A DNA stretch of 64,000 bases from contig JAZRSW010000029.1 in NCBI GenBank assembly GCA_045651745.1, positions 10,674-74,673 of the forward strand, given 5' to 3'. The DNA comes from Acutalibacteraceae bacterium (GTDB lineage: Bacteria; Bacillota; Clostridia; Oscillospirales; Acutalibacteraceae). Position 1 is the stretch's first letter. The number at the start of each line of letters is the position of its first letter. Shown here one piece after another: positions 46,336 to 55,397 of the stretch. The notes under the pieces are model-generated. The model saw nothing but the letters and a program-made list of their open reading frames with translations, did not search any database and had not been told where the DNA came from. The position numbers and the translations under genes are program-made.

Positions 46336-47547
46336 TTAGTTTAAGTTTAAATCTTTTTCGTGAAGGACCACACCGTTTTTGGCCAATGTTTCTTGAAGTT
46401 TTTTTACATCAAGTGTTGAAAAATCATCGGTCATTGCTGCAGCAACACCTGCCGCCTCACCGGTTACGGCACAACAAGGAATTACCCTCATAATATCCCA
46501 CATACTTTCGGTGACAGAGGTGCATCTTCCTGCTGTTATAAGGTTTTTAACAGTTTTGGAATACAGCGTTCTAAACGGAACTTCATACACCGGACCGCGT
46601 TTTCTCCAATCCGAAACCATTCCTATTGAATCCTCAAAATATTTGTGCACTTCTTTATCGTCAAGCGCATATTCTCCGACAATTTTTCTTGTCATACGAA
46701 CCTGCGGTATGGTTGCTATCGTAGTCGGCAGAACTGTCGGGTCAATTTTTCTTTTTTTCTTTATATCTTCAAGAGTTGACGCGTGGGAAAGTTGCACCAT
46801 TTCGGAAAGTTCATTGCCGTCTAAACCTGAAAATCTTCTGTTTACAAGAGTCTTTACTTGATTTTTCTCGTTTTTCTGGTCGTCGGGGATATCACAAAAG
46901 CCTAAAGAATTAAGCTTAAACCCTTTTTTCCCTACAAAATAATACCACGCCGCAAGCAAATTACCTTGCTTGAATGTTTCGGTGGGTGCGTCGGCAAATT
47001 TGGCAATGTCACAGTCACCCGTGGCATCAACAACCGATTTTACGGCTATTGCTTGTCTGCCCGATTTGTTTTCGACTATCACGGCATCGATTTTATCATT
47101 GGACTTGCTTACGGCAACCGCATAAGTGCCGTAAAGTATTCTAACGCCCTCTTTTTGGAGCAACTGCTCAGCAAGAATAGCAAAAAGTTGAGCATTATAC
47201 TGAACCTCAAATCGTTTGTTTTTTGAGCTTCTTTTTGATTTATCGTCACTATCAAGCCAATTATCAGGATATTGGTCCTCGTAGCCCATAGAAACAGAAA
47301 GCCTAAACAATTCCTCGGCAATACCGAAAGAAACCTGATGCCCACAACCGTCACACAAAGGTAGGTATATTGTAACAAGACCGGCAGTGCCTAAGCCCCC
47401 AAGCATATACTCTTTTTCGAGCAAAACAACATTTTTGCCCTGTCTTGCGGCAGCTAGCGCCGCCGAAATACCACCGAACCCACCACCACAAACCAACACG
47501 TCACAAGACTCGGCGATTTTAGTTTCAATGTGTTCTTTTATTATCAT
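46336..47547 (-). CDS. FAD-dependent oxidoreductase (PF12831-like)
   Basis: CDVLVCGGGFGGISAALAAARQGKNVVLLEK dinucleotide-binding motif. RBS AGGAGG. Confidence 0.75.
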   Translation of the reverse strand: MIIKEHIETKIAESCDVLVCGGGFGGISAALAAARQGKNVVLLEKEYMLGGLGTAGLVTIYLPLCDGCGHQVSFGIAEELFRLSVSMGYEDQYPDNWLDSDDKSKRSSKNKRFEVQYNAQLFAILAEQLLQKEGVRILYGTYAVAVSKSNDKIDAVIVENKSGRQAIAVKSVVDATGDCDIAKFADAPTETFKQGNLLAAWYYFVGKKGFKLNSLGFCDIPDDQKNEKNQVKTLVNRRFSGLDGNELSEMVQLSHASTLEDIKKKRKIDPTVLPTTIATIPQVRMTRKIVGEYALDDKEVHKYFEDSIGMVSDWRKRGPVYEVPFRTLYSKTVKNLITAGRCTSVTESMWDIMRVIPCCAVTGEAAGVAAAMTDDFSTLDVKKLQETLAKNGVVLHEKDLNLN

Positions 47548-47632
47548 AGAACTTTACCTCCTGTCACTTTAACAACAGTATATCATAATAGAAGCAAAAA
47601 GTATATATCGATTTTTTGCAACCCTTTCTTAT

Positions 47633-48499
47633 TTACCGCGCAAACCTTTGCGCATATCCACATCTTTTGCAAAGTTCTTCGGAAGCCACAGAGCATTTAA
47701 ACCCGTCAAGTATATCAGTTGCCCTTTTAGACTGTAAAATCGATTTTAAATCTTGTTCAAAAATATTTCCCAGTCCAATAATGCCATTGCTATCAAGACA
47801 ACATGGGACAATAGTGCCGTCAACAAGAATGCCAAATTGGTCCTTTAGCCCATAACAGCGAAACTTATTTCCCTTAATTTCGGCATTACTGTCAGGCCAT
47901 TCAAAACGTTCTCCAAACTCGACAAAAACCTTGTCTTTTATCCTGATACCTCGGGTGTTTTCTTCCCACTCTCCCGATATGTTTTGCTTGAGAACTCTTA
48001 AAGCAAATTTATTTCTTCCATTGTCAAAACCTTTGTTCCAAAGACGAAATACCACAATAATGCCGGCGCCGGCGGCACTATTTGCGAAGTCAGCAAGGCT
48101 GCATATATATCTCGCATAATCCTCGTCGCCACCGTTTTCAAAGCTATGTAAAGATATATTGACTTTGTGTAACATAGCGTCTAATAGTTCTTGCTTTCTT
48201 TTGCCTAAAAGTGTGCCGTTAGTAGTTATAATCGATTTGTACCCTCGCTCACCTGCAAGCTTTATAAATTCGTGAAGTTGCGGATGAACAAGTGGCTCAC
48301 CCATCAAATGATAATAAATATACTCTGTATAGCCTTTAAGCTTATCGAGAATATACTTAAATTCCTCAACACTCATCTGTCGCAAATCACGGCTATGTCC
48401 GTGACAGAAAGAACAGTTCATGTTGCATATATTTGTAATTTCTATGTAAACCTTATTATACAAACCTTTCCTCACCTGTTTCAAAAAATAGCGTTCCAA
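47633..48499 (-). CDS. Radical SAM enzyme with a C-terminal SPASM-like Cys cluster
   Basis: CNMNCSFC (CxxxCxxC) near the N-terminus. C-terminal PCCLD...CKRCGY. There is no in-frame ATG upstream of the Cys motif; candidate starts are TTG 48499, GTG 48475 and TTG 48463. Confidence 0.7.
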   Translation of the reverse strand: MERYFLKQVRKGLYNKVYIEITNICNMNCSFCHGHSRDLRQMSVEEFKYILDKLKGYTEYIYYHLMGEPLVHPQLHEFIKLAGERGYKSIITTNGTLLGKRKQELLDAMLHKVNISLHSFENGGDEDYARYICSLADFANSAAGAGIIVVFRLWNKGFDNGRNKFALRVLKQNISGEWEENTRGIRIKDKVFVEFGERFEWPDSNAEIKGNKFRCYGLKDQFGILVDGTIVPCCLDSNGIIGLGNIFEQDLKSILQSKRATDILDGFKCSVASEELCKRCGYAQRFAR

Positions 48500-48617
48500 A
48501 GAATAATGCCCTTTGCATAAAACAAAAAGGCATTTGTTTGTTTAAAATTTGATTTGGACGAGGATAGATAAATTTGTTCTTTTTGGGATAAACAAGATTG
48601 TCCTCGGACAATCGGTA

Positions 48618-49619
48618 TTATTCCCACTCAATTGTTCCGACGGGCTTCGGTGTGAGGTCGTAGAGGACACGGTTGATACCCTCTACCTCTTTGGTGATAC
48701 GGTCGGTGATTTTATGAAGCACTGCATAAGGAATTTCCTCAATAGTAGCACTCATAGCGTCGGTGGTGTTAACTGCGCGGATAATTGCCGGCCAACCTTC
48801 ATAACGGCTTTCGTCACGAACGCCGACACTCTTAATATCGGGAATAACAACAAAATACTGCCAAACCTTTTCGGCAAGACCGTTTTTGTCAAACTCGTCA
48901 CGCAAAATTGCATCAGCCTCGCGAAGCGCAGCCAAACGGTCGCGGGTAATAGCACCCAAGCATCTTACACCCAAACCGGGGCCGGGGAACGGCTGACGGT
49001 ATACCATACCGTGCGGCAAACCTAAAGCCTCGCCAACAACTCTTACTTCATCCTTGAAAAGCAACTTAATCGGCTCAACAAGTTTGAAATTAAGGTCCTC
49101 GGGCAATCCGCCAACGTTGTGGTGTGATTTAACAGCCTTTTTGCCCTCTGCCTGCTTAACGCTTTCCAAAATATCGGGATAAATTGTGCCTTGAGCCAAA
49201 AACTCAACGCCCTCTAATTTTCTTGCTTCATCAGCAAAAACCTCGATAAACTCCTTACCGATAATCTTTCTTTTGCTTTCGGGGTCGCTGACACCTGCCA
49301 ATAAATTTAAAAATCTATCAGTAGCGTCAACATAAATCAAGTTTGCATCAAGTTCATCGCCAAAAATCTTAACAACATTTTCCGACTCATCTTTTCTCAT
49401 CAAACCGTGGTTTACATGAACACAGGTGAGCTGTTTGCCGATGGCCTTTATGAGCAATGCGGCTACAACCGAAGAATCAACACCACCGGACAAAGCCAAC
49501 AAAACTTTGCTGTCTTTAACCTGCTCACGAATAGCTTTGACCTGGCTCTCGATAAAAGCATTTGCCAACTCGAACGTTGTGATACGAGCCATAGACTCAG
49601 GACGTACATTTGTATCCAT
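48618..49619 (-). CDS. guaA: GMP synthase ATP-pyrophosphatase + dimerisation domains only (no GATase domain)
   Basis: PP-loop LALSGGVDSSVVAALL, DPESKRKIIG, FLAQGTIYPDILES, HHNVGGLPE, and canonical end PVGTIEWE. 333 aa. RBS GGAGGA. Confidence 0.85.
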   Translation of the reverse strand: MDTNVRPESMARITTFELANAFIESQVKAIREQVKDSKVLLALSGGVDSSVVAALLIKAIGKQLTCVHVNHGLMRKDESENVVKIFGDELDANLIYVDATDRFLNLLAGVSDPESKRKIIGKEFIEVFADEARKLEGVEFLAQGTIYPDILESVKQAEGKKAVKSHHNVGGLPEDLNFKLVEPIKLLFKDEVRVVGEALGLPHGMVYRQPFPGPGLGVRCLGAITRDRLAALREADAILRDEFDKNGLAEKVWQYFVVIPDIKSVGVRDESRYEGWPAIIRAVNTTDAMSATIEEIPYAVLHKITDRITKEVEGINRVLYDLTPKPVGTIEWE

Positions 49620-49648
49620 TTTTATTTCCTCCTGTCTTTTTCAATATA

Positions 49649-50848
49649 TCAGTTAGTATAGTTATCGAAATATCCCTGAACAAGAACAACAGGAGTGCCC
49701 TTATCGCCCGAGCCGGAAGTTAAGTCACAAAGTGAACCGATAAGGTCGGTCAACTGACGGGGAGTTGTACCTTGAGCAGCCATATTACCAACCAAACTCG
49801 AGCCGTCTTTAGCCTTAATCGAATCCGAAATTGCCTTTTTAAGTTCATCACCTGACAAATCCTTAAAATCATTGTCGGCGAGGTATTTTAACTTCAACTC
49901 GTTCGGTGTACCGATAAGTCCATCAGTAAAAGCAGGAGAAACAACGGGGTCAGCCAACTCCCAAATTTTACCTACGGGATCTTTAAATGCACCGTCACCG
50001 TAAACCATTACTTCAACGTTTTTACCGCTTGCATCCTTGATTTTCTTTTGAATATCCAAAACCAAATCCTTACACTCGCGGGGGAACAACTTAATCTTGT
50101 CCTCGGTCGATTTATTAGAACCCAACAAGCCGTAGTTCTCGTTACATCCGCTGCCGTTAACGGGTGCGTTAAGAATATCGTCAAGACCACAAACGATTTT
50201 AGCGCCGGCGGCTTTCAACAAACGCTTGGTTCTTGCGCGGGTGTGAATATCACAAGTAAGGACACAGTCGGTATAATCCAAAATTGCCTTTGCCTGATTA
50301 GCAAAGATAATTTCAACCTCACATCCGCAATCCTTAATCAAATTCTGATAATACTCAACGTAATCAACGCCGGTGAACTGCAACTTCTGAACACCGAAAA
50401 CCTCACGGTATCTTTCCAAAGTTAAAACGTCAGAATACGGGTTAATGCCGTTAGCATCAATCAAATCATAGGTTGCCAATGAGTTACCAACCTCGTCAGA
50501 CGGGTAGCTCAACATAAGAACAATTTTCTTACAACCCTTTGCAATACCCTTTAAGCAGATTGCAAAACGGTTACGCGATAAAATCGGGAAAATAACACCG
50601 ACGGTTTCTCCGCCAAGTTTTGCTTTAACATCAGCGGCGATATCGTCAATTGATGCGTAGTTGCCTTGCGAGCGAGCAACAATCGACTCGGTCAACGAAA
50701 TAACGTCACGGTCGCGAAGTTCGAATCCTTCAATTTCAGCAGCTTCAAGCACACTGTCGGCAACGATTTTAGCAAGGTCATCTCCCTCACGAATAATGGG
50801 GCAACGGATACCTCTTGATACTGTACCGACTCTGCGTTCTTTTGTCAT
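49649..50848 (-). CDS. CofE-like (F420-0:gamma-glutamyl ligase family) protein
   Basis: N-terminus GIRCPIIREGDDLAKIV...ISLTESIVARSQGN and C-terminal GSGDKGTPVVLVQG are typical of the family. 399 aa. Confidence 0.7.
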   Translation of the reverse strand: MTKERRVGTVSRGIRCPIIREGDDLAKIVADSVLEAAEIEGFELRDRDVISLTESIVARSQGNYASIDDIAADVKAKLGGETVGVIFPILSRNRFAICLKGIAKGCKKIVLMLSYPSDEVGNSLATYDLIDANGINPYSDVLTLERYREVFGVQKLQFTGVDYVEYYQNLIKDCGCEVEIIFANQAKAILDYTDCVLTCDIHTRARTKRLLKAAGAKIVCGLDDILNAPVNGSGCNENYGLLGSNKSTEDKIKLFPRECKDLVLDIQKKIKDASGKNVEVMVYGDGAFKDPVGKIWELADPVVSPAFTDGLIGTPNELKLKYLADNDFKDLSGDELKKAISDSIKAKDGSSLVGNMAAQGTTPRQLTDLIGSLCDLTSGSGDKGTPVVLVQGYFDNYTN

Positions 50849-51155
50849 AATAATACACTTTCCTTTCCAATTGGAACAAGGCTTTAGCCTTGCGGAATAT
50901 CACTAAATTATTTTACCTTAAATTTAACTCAATTACAAGATTTTTTTGAATCAACAGAGAAGTTTTTTATAATATTTTTTAGCCGTCGGGCAAAAACCTT
51001 CAAAAAGACGTGTATTTAAGGCAATTTCTATTATATATTTTAAACACAATTTTACAAAACTCACCCAAATTCACACCTTTTCTGAAAAATTTTTACGACG
51101 ATTTTATTATGTAGCAATTATACTCTTTTTTCGACATTTTTTCAAGTGCAACTAT

Positions 51156-51190
51156 GAACAAAAGCAACGGTCTTTGACCGTTGCTTTTTG
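51156..51190 (-). terminator. Intrinsic terminator after pdxK
   Basis: Minus strand reads AAAAGCAACGG-tcaaaga-CCGTTGCTTTTG. Confidence 0.65.
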
Positions 51191-51197
51191 TATTATT

Positions 51198-52043
51198 TTA
51201 ATTATTAAGTTTATTTGCTAATTCTCCTAAACCGCGTTCAAAATCGACTCCGTAATGCTCGGCACCCGACTCGGTTGTGCGTTTGATACTTTTAACAGTG
51301 AAATCAACCGCAATTTCGGTAGCCTCAAAAACATCTTTGCCACGAAGCAACGATGCGGTCAATGCGCTTGCAAAAACATCGCCCGTGCCGTGGAACATAC
51401 CCTCAATCAGTTCGCTTGAAACGGTATGAATTTCATTCTTTTCGCTGTCAAAGGCGACCGAAGCCACCGTTTTATCATTATATCTAACACCCGTAAGCAC
51501 TATTTTTTTAGGTCCTAACTCTGCTAAACGGTGCAATATATCGGCAATATAATCCTCGCTATAACCCGACGGAATATACTCCTCACCCAACATAAAACAA
51601 GCCTCGGTTACGTTCGGCACGATAATATCTGCCTTCATACAAAGTTTTTTCATTTCTTGGGCAAAATCCAAATCAAAAAGCGTATACATTTTTCCGTTAT
51701 CCGCCATAGCAGGGTCAACAATCGTCAATGTGCTTTTCCCTTTAAATTTATCCAAGAAATCGCAAACAATGTCAACCTGTTGTTTTGAACCTAAATACCC
51801 ACTGTAAATTGCATCAAATTTTAAGTCTAAACTATTCCAATGGTCAATGATTTTGGGCATTTCTTCGGTCAAATCAAGCGAAGTAAAACCCTTAAAACCG
51901 CCGGTATGGGTTGACAGTATTGCGGTCGGTATAACCGCGGTTTCAATACCGGCTGCCGAAATTATCGGCAACGCAACCGTTAAAGAACATTTACCAAAGC
52001 ACGAAATATCGTGTATTGCGGCTATTCTTTTCTGTTTTTCCAT
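51198..52043 (-). CDS. pdxK: Pyridoxal/pyridoxamine kinase
   Basis: RIAAIHDISCFGKCSLTVALPIISAAGIETAVIPTAILSTHTGGF...IYSGYLGS...VDPAMADNGKMY. Confidence 0.8.
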   Translation of the reverse strand: MEKQKRIAAIHDISCFGKCSLTVALPIISAAGIETAVIPTAILSTHTGGFKGFTSLDLTEEMPKIIDHWNSLDLKFDAIYSGYLGSKQQVDIVCDFLDKFKGKSTLTIVDPAMADNGKMYTLFDLDFAQEMKKLCMKADIIVPNVTEACFMLGEEYIPSGYSEDYIADILHRLAELGPKKIVLTGVRYNDKTVASVAFDSEKNEIHTVSSELIEGMFHGTGDVFASALTASLLRGKDVFEATEIAVDFTVKSIKRTTESGAEHYGVDFERGLGELANKLNN

Positions 52044-52078
52044 AAATATCTCCCTATAACCAAAGCATTTAAACTTAA

Positions 52079-54457
52079 CTATTTCAAGGTTACAACGGTG
52101 ACACCGTCTTCACCCTCACCGTATTGACCGAAGCGGAAATTTTTGACACTACTGTTTGTGCGAAGGTAAGCGTGTACCGCCTTTTTTAATGCACCGGTGC
52201 CTTTGCCGTGGATAATCCAAACGGTATTAAGCCCTGCCATAACCGAGTTATCAATAAATCGGTCAAGTTCCAAGCTTGCTTCGTCACCCGTAAATCCACG
52301 AATGTCAATTTCGGACTGTGCAGTGCGGACGTTACCTTCGGGATTAACCGCTTTCTTCACGGTACGGGTTTTAGCAACCGTGCCTTTAGATTTAGGTTTC
52401 GGTGCTAAATGCGATACCAAAACCTTCGTTTTGATACTGCCCGCTAAAATTTCAACCTCGTCACCCTTTTGGTCGCTTATAACTGTAACCTCTTTTTTAA
52501 GGTCGAGGAAAATAACCTTTTCACCCTTTTTAAGCGGTGCCGAAAATCCGCCGCCCGAAATTTCTGCCGTTTCGACGGGGTCAGCAACGTCCTCTAAACG
52601 TTTTAATCCCCCTCGCATTTCGGCTCTGGCTTTCCTTATACGCTCTTCGGCAGAATCATTACTCTTTTTAAGCGCCTCAAGTTCTGACAAAAGTTTTTCT
52701 GCCTCTGCCCTTGCTCTCTCTACCACAGCGTTGGCCTGCTCGCGCGCTTTTTCCATAGTTTTGTCGCGGTTTTTTCGAAGTTCTTCTGCTTCGGCATCAC
52801 GTGACGACTTCAAGGCTTCCATTTCACCTTTTAATCGACTTGCTTCCTGACGGTCCTTTTCAGCCTTTCTTCTGGCAGTTTCAAGTGCCGCAACAACACG
52901 CTCAAAACGTGCGTCCTCGTCTGAAACAAGGCTTTTTGCCATTTCAACCGTCAGTTTGTCCAAACCTAATTTTTCGGAAATTGCAAAAGCGTTCGACCTG
53001 CCCGGCAGACCGATATTAAGTTTATAAGTAGGCTTTAGCGACTGCACGTCAAACTCGCAACTCGCGTTACAAACACCGTCAGTTTCCAATGCGTAAGACT
53101 TCAACTCAGCATAATGAGTGGTAGCAGCAATTTTTGCGTTTTTCTTACGTAATTTCATTAAAATTGCCTGTGCCAACGCCGCACCCTCAACCGGGTCGGT
53201 ACCTGCGCCGAGTTCGTCGATAAGAATTAATGATTGCTCGTTTGCAACCGCCATAATATCAATAATTCGTTTCATATGTGACGAAAAAGTCGATAAAGAT
53301 TGCTCTATACTCTGCTCGTCACCGATATCGGCTAAAACATTTTTAAAAACCGACACTTCGCTACCGTCGGACACGGGCAACATAAGTCCGCACATTGCCA
53401 TTAAGGTTAATAATCCTACTGTTTTTATCGAAACGGTTTTACCGCCCGTGTTAGGTCCGGTAATCATAAGCGTATCATACTCTATTCCTAACGGAATGGT
53501 TACGGGTACAACAGTTTTCGGGTCAAGCAACGGATGACGTGCATTTTTAAGATAAATTTTGCCCTCTTGATTTAAATTCGGCTTACTTGCGCGCATTGAA
53601 AAAGCCAATGAAGCCTTGGCAAAAATCAAGCACAGTTTAACCGTTGCCTCGTAAGACACAGCAATATTAGGTGCAAAGCCTGCCGCCTCACCCGACAGTT
53701 CTGCTAATATGCGGTCGATTTCCTCTTTTTCTTTAATTTTAAGTTCTCTAATTTCATTGTTGATTTCGACAACCGCCATAGGCTCGATAAACAATGTTGC
53801 ACCCGAGCCCGAAGTATCGTGCAACAGTCCCGGTACTTCGTTACGGCTGTCCGCCCTTACGGGTACGACAAATCTGCCGTCACGTTGGGTGATAATTGCA
53901 TCCTGCAAAAATTTTGAGGTACTGCTCGAACGGAGCATTTTCTCAAGGCGGTCACGGACATTTAGTTCACTTGAATGAATTTTTCTTCTTATATCCTTTA
54001 ATTTAGGTGATGCATTATCGTCCATCTCGTCTTCGGAACGGATTGAAGTGGTTATTTTATCCTCAAAATAGCGGTTGGGTATTAACTGGTCAAAATACTT
54101 TGCAACAAAAGGACTATCAGTGTTTTCACAGTGTGCGCGCCATTCTTTTAATGAACGGATAACGCGCAAAACCTCGGCAATGTCAAGTAACTCTCGCATT
54201 GACAAAATGCCACCGTTTTTAGCCCGTGCCAACGGGTTGGCAACGTTTTTTACACTGCCAAAAGAAGGCGAGCCAAAGCCTGCCGACAATTTAAAAGCAT
54301 CGTCAGTTTCGTTTAGCAATATTTCTACTTTTTTAAAATCGGTTTCGGGTTGAAGCGATAATGCCAACTCTTTTGCGTCCTCAATCGCGGCGCGGGAAGA
54401 CAGCATTTTTAAAACTTTATCAAGTTCTAACGCTTCTAAATGGTGTAATGTGTTCAT
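52079..54457 (-). CDS. mutS2: Endonuclease MutS2 (MutS domain V ATPase + C-terminal Smr)
   Basis: ITGPNTGGKTV Walker A, LILIDELGAGTDP, coiled-coil K/E-rich region, and Smr end IDIRG...IHGKGTGALKKAV. ATG at 54457 follows AGGAG by 6 nt. Confidence 0.9.
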   Translation of the reverse strand: MNTLHHLEALELDKVLKMLSSRAAIEDAKELALSLQPETDFKKVEILLNETDDAFKLSAGFGSPSFGSVKNVANPLARAKNGGILSMRELLDIAEVLRVIRSLKEWRAHCENTDSPFVAKYFDQLIPNRYFEDKITTSIRSEDEMDDNASPKLKDIRRKIHSSELNVRDRLEKMLRSSSTSKFLQDAIITQRDGRFVVPVRADSRNEVPGLLHDTSGSGATLFIEPMAVVEINNEIRELKIKEKEEIDRILAELSGEAAGFAPNIAVSYEATVKLCLIFAKASLAFSMRASKPNLNQEGKIYLKNARHPLLDPKTVVPVTIPLGIEYDTLMITGPNTGGKTVSIKTVGLLTLMAMCGLMLPVSDGSEVSVFKNVLADIGDEQSIEQSLSTFSSHMKRIIDIMAVANEQSLILIDELGAGTDPVEGAALAQAILMKLRKKNAKIAATTHYAELKSYALETDGVCNASCEFDVQSLKPTYKLNIGLPGRSNAFAISEKLGLDKLTVEMAKSLVSDEDARFERVVAALETARRKAEKDRQEASRLKGEMEALKSSRDAEAEELRKNRDKTMEKAREQANAVVERARAEAEKLLSELEALKKSNDSAEERIRKARAEMRGGLKRLEDVADPVETAEISGGGFSAPLKKGEKVIFLDLKKEVTVISDQKGDEVEILAGSIKTKVLVSHLAPKPKSKGTVAKTRTVKKAVNPEGNVRTAQSEIDIRGFTGDEASLELDRFIDNSVMAGLNTVWIIHGKGTGALKKAVHAYLRTNSSVKNFRFGQYGEGEDGVTVVTLK

Positions 54458-54474
54458 TATATCTCCTAAATTCC

Positions 54475-55233
54475 TCAAAGCCTTACTTCAAGGCTATGGA
54501 AAAAGTCTAACGTTTTGAATCTTCGTTCGGTTTGAGCCAACAAATACCGTTCGGTCACAAAACTCAAATACTTGGCATTTTGCGGGGGCAAAGTGAAAGA
54601 ATAAAGTTTTGAAAATTCGGAATAAACAATATGCCTCATAGCGGCAAAGGTAGTCTTGTCCAACTCGACAAAAGCACCCGACACTACCGAAGCACTTTTG
54701 CACTTATTACAAAGCATATCTCCGCCGTTTAAGTCCAACCAAAGCGGAAAATCGCGGTCGGTACCGCAGTTTCTGCAACCTACCAAATCGGGCATAAAAC
54801 CTGCTATAACCATCAATCGCAACTCGGTCAGAGCCTTAATGGAATACACGTCCATTTTTTCTTTTTCTATGTAATGAAGCGAGTTTAAAGCAAGGCGTAA
54901 AAAGTCCTCACCCTCAACCTCGTACGGCACCAAAACCTGACACAGTTCACAAATATATTGAGCAAGGCTTAAATTTTCAACATCTGTTCTGATACCGAAA
55001 AAAACATCAATAGCCTCTGCCTCGGTTATGCGGTAGGTGTCTTTTGTTTGAGTAATGCAAAGGTGTGAATACGAAAGCAATGCCGTTGAGGCGGCATTTT
55101 TCGATTTCGGCTTTCTCGCCCCGCTGACAAAGGCACTTATTAAGCCTTTATCCCTTGTCAGTACAACGACAACGCGGTCACTTTCACCGACATTATTTTC
55201 TTTTATTATCAATCCGTCGGTCGTGAACTTCAA
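54475..55233 (-). CDS. recO: DNA repair protein RecO
   Basis: TDGLIIKENNVGESDRVVVVLTRDKG N-terminal OB region. CxxC...CxxC zinc motif (CRNCG...CNKC). TTG start. Confidence 0.85.
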   Translation of the reverse strand: MKFTTDGLIIKENNVGESDRVVVVLTRDKGLISAFVSGARKPKSKNAASTALLSYSHLCITQTKDTYRITEAEAIDVFFGIRTDVENLSLAQYICELCQVLVPYEVEGEDFLRLALNSLHYIEKEKMDVYSIKALTELRLMVIAGFMPDLVGCRNCGTDRDFPLWLDLNGGDMLCNKCKSASVVSGAFVELDKTTFAAMRHIVYSEFSKLYSFTLPPQNAKYLSFVTERYLLAQTERRFKTLDFFHSLEVRL

Positions 55234-55333
55234 CGTTGTCCTGCTCCTTTTTTTCAGAAATTTGGCAGTATTTCAAATAGTCAAAAACACTGCCCGAATT
55301 ATAAAAATTGTTCCACAAATTTTCCACAGTCAC
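55193..55333 (-). CDS. yqzL: YqzL-like small protein (46 aa)
   Basis: Not in the ORF track (under 60 aa). GGAGG plus 8 nt plus GTG at 55333. Translation MTVENLWNNFYNSGSVFDYLKYCQISEKKEQDNVEVHDRRIDNKRK. The W..F...G....YL..Y pattern and its position between era and recO match B. subtilis yqzL (from memory). Overlaps the recO start by 41 nt in another frame. Confidence 0.5.
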   Translation of the reverse strand: MTVENLWNNFYNSGSVFDYLKYCQISEKKEQDNVEVHDRRIDNKRK

Positions 55334-55397
55334 AGTCCCGACCTCCAAATAATTTTTCTAAAATTATTGTTTGTCGGAACTTTAAAAATAAATATTG

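Noticed and set aside
50849-51155. A ~300-nt AT-rich region upstream of the cofE-like/guaA pair, examined for a purine, guanine or ZTP riboswitch.
   Set aside because: Only promoter-like AT-rich sequence and one small hairpin (CAAGGC-taaa-GCCTTG) are present. No three-way junction consensus or terminator/anti-terminator pair was seen.
52197-52850. Long antisense ORFs nested in well-supported genes. Examples are 52197-52850 within mutS2, 61626-62237 within the GH20-like gene, and 45275-45790 opposite the membrane protein gene.
   Set aside because: Each lies opposite a gene with strong family motifs. Their composition is typical of antisense frames (Ser/Leu/Arg-rich), and none has independent start signals.
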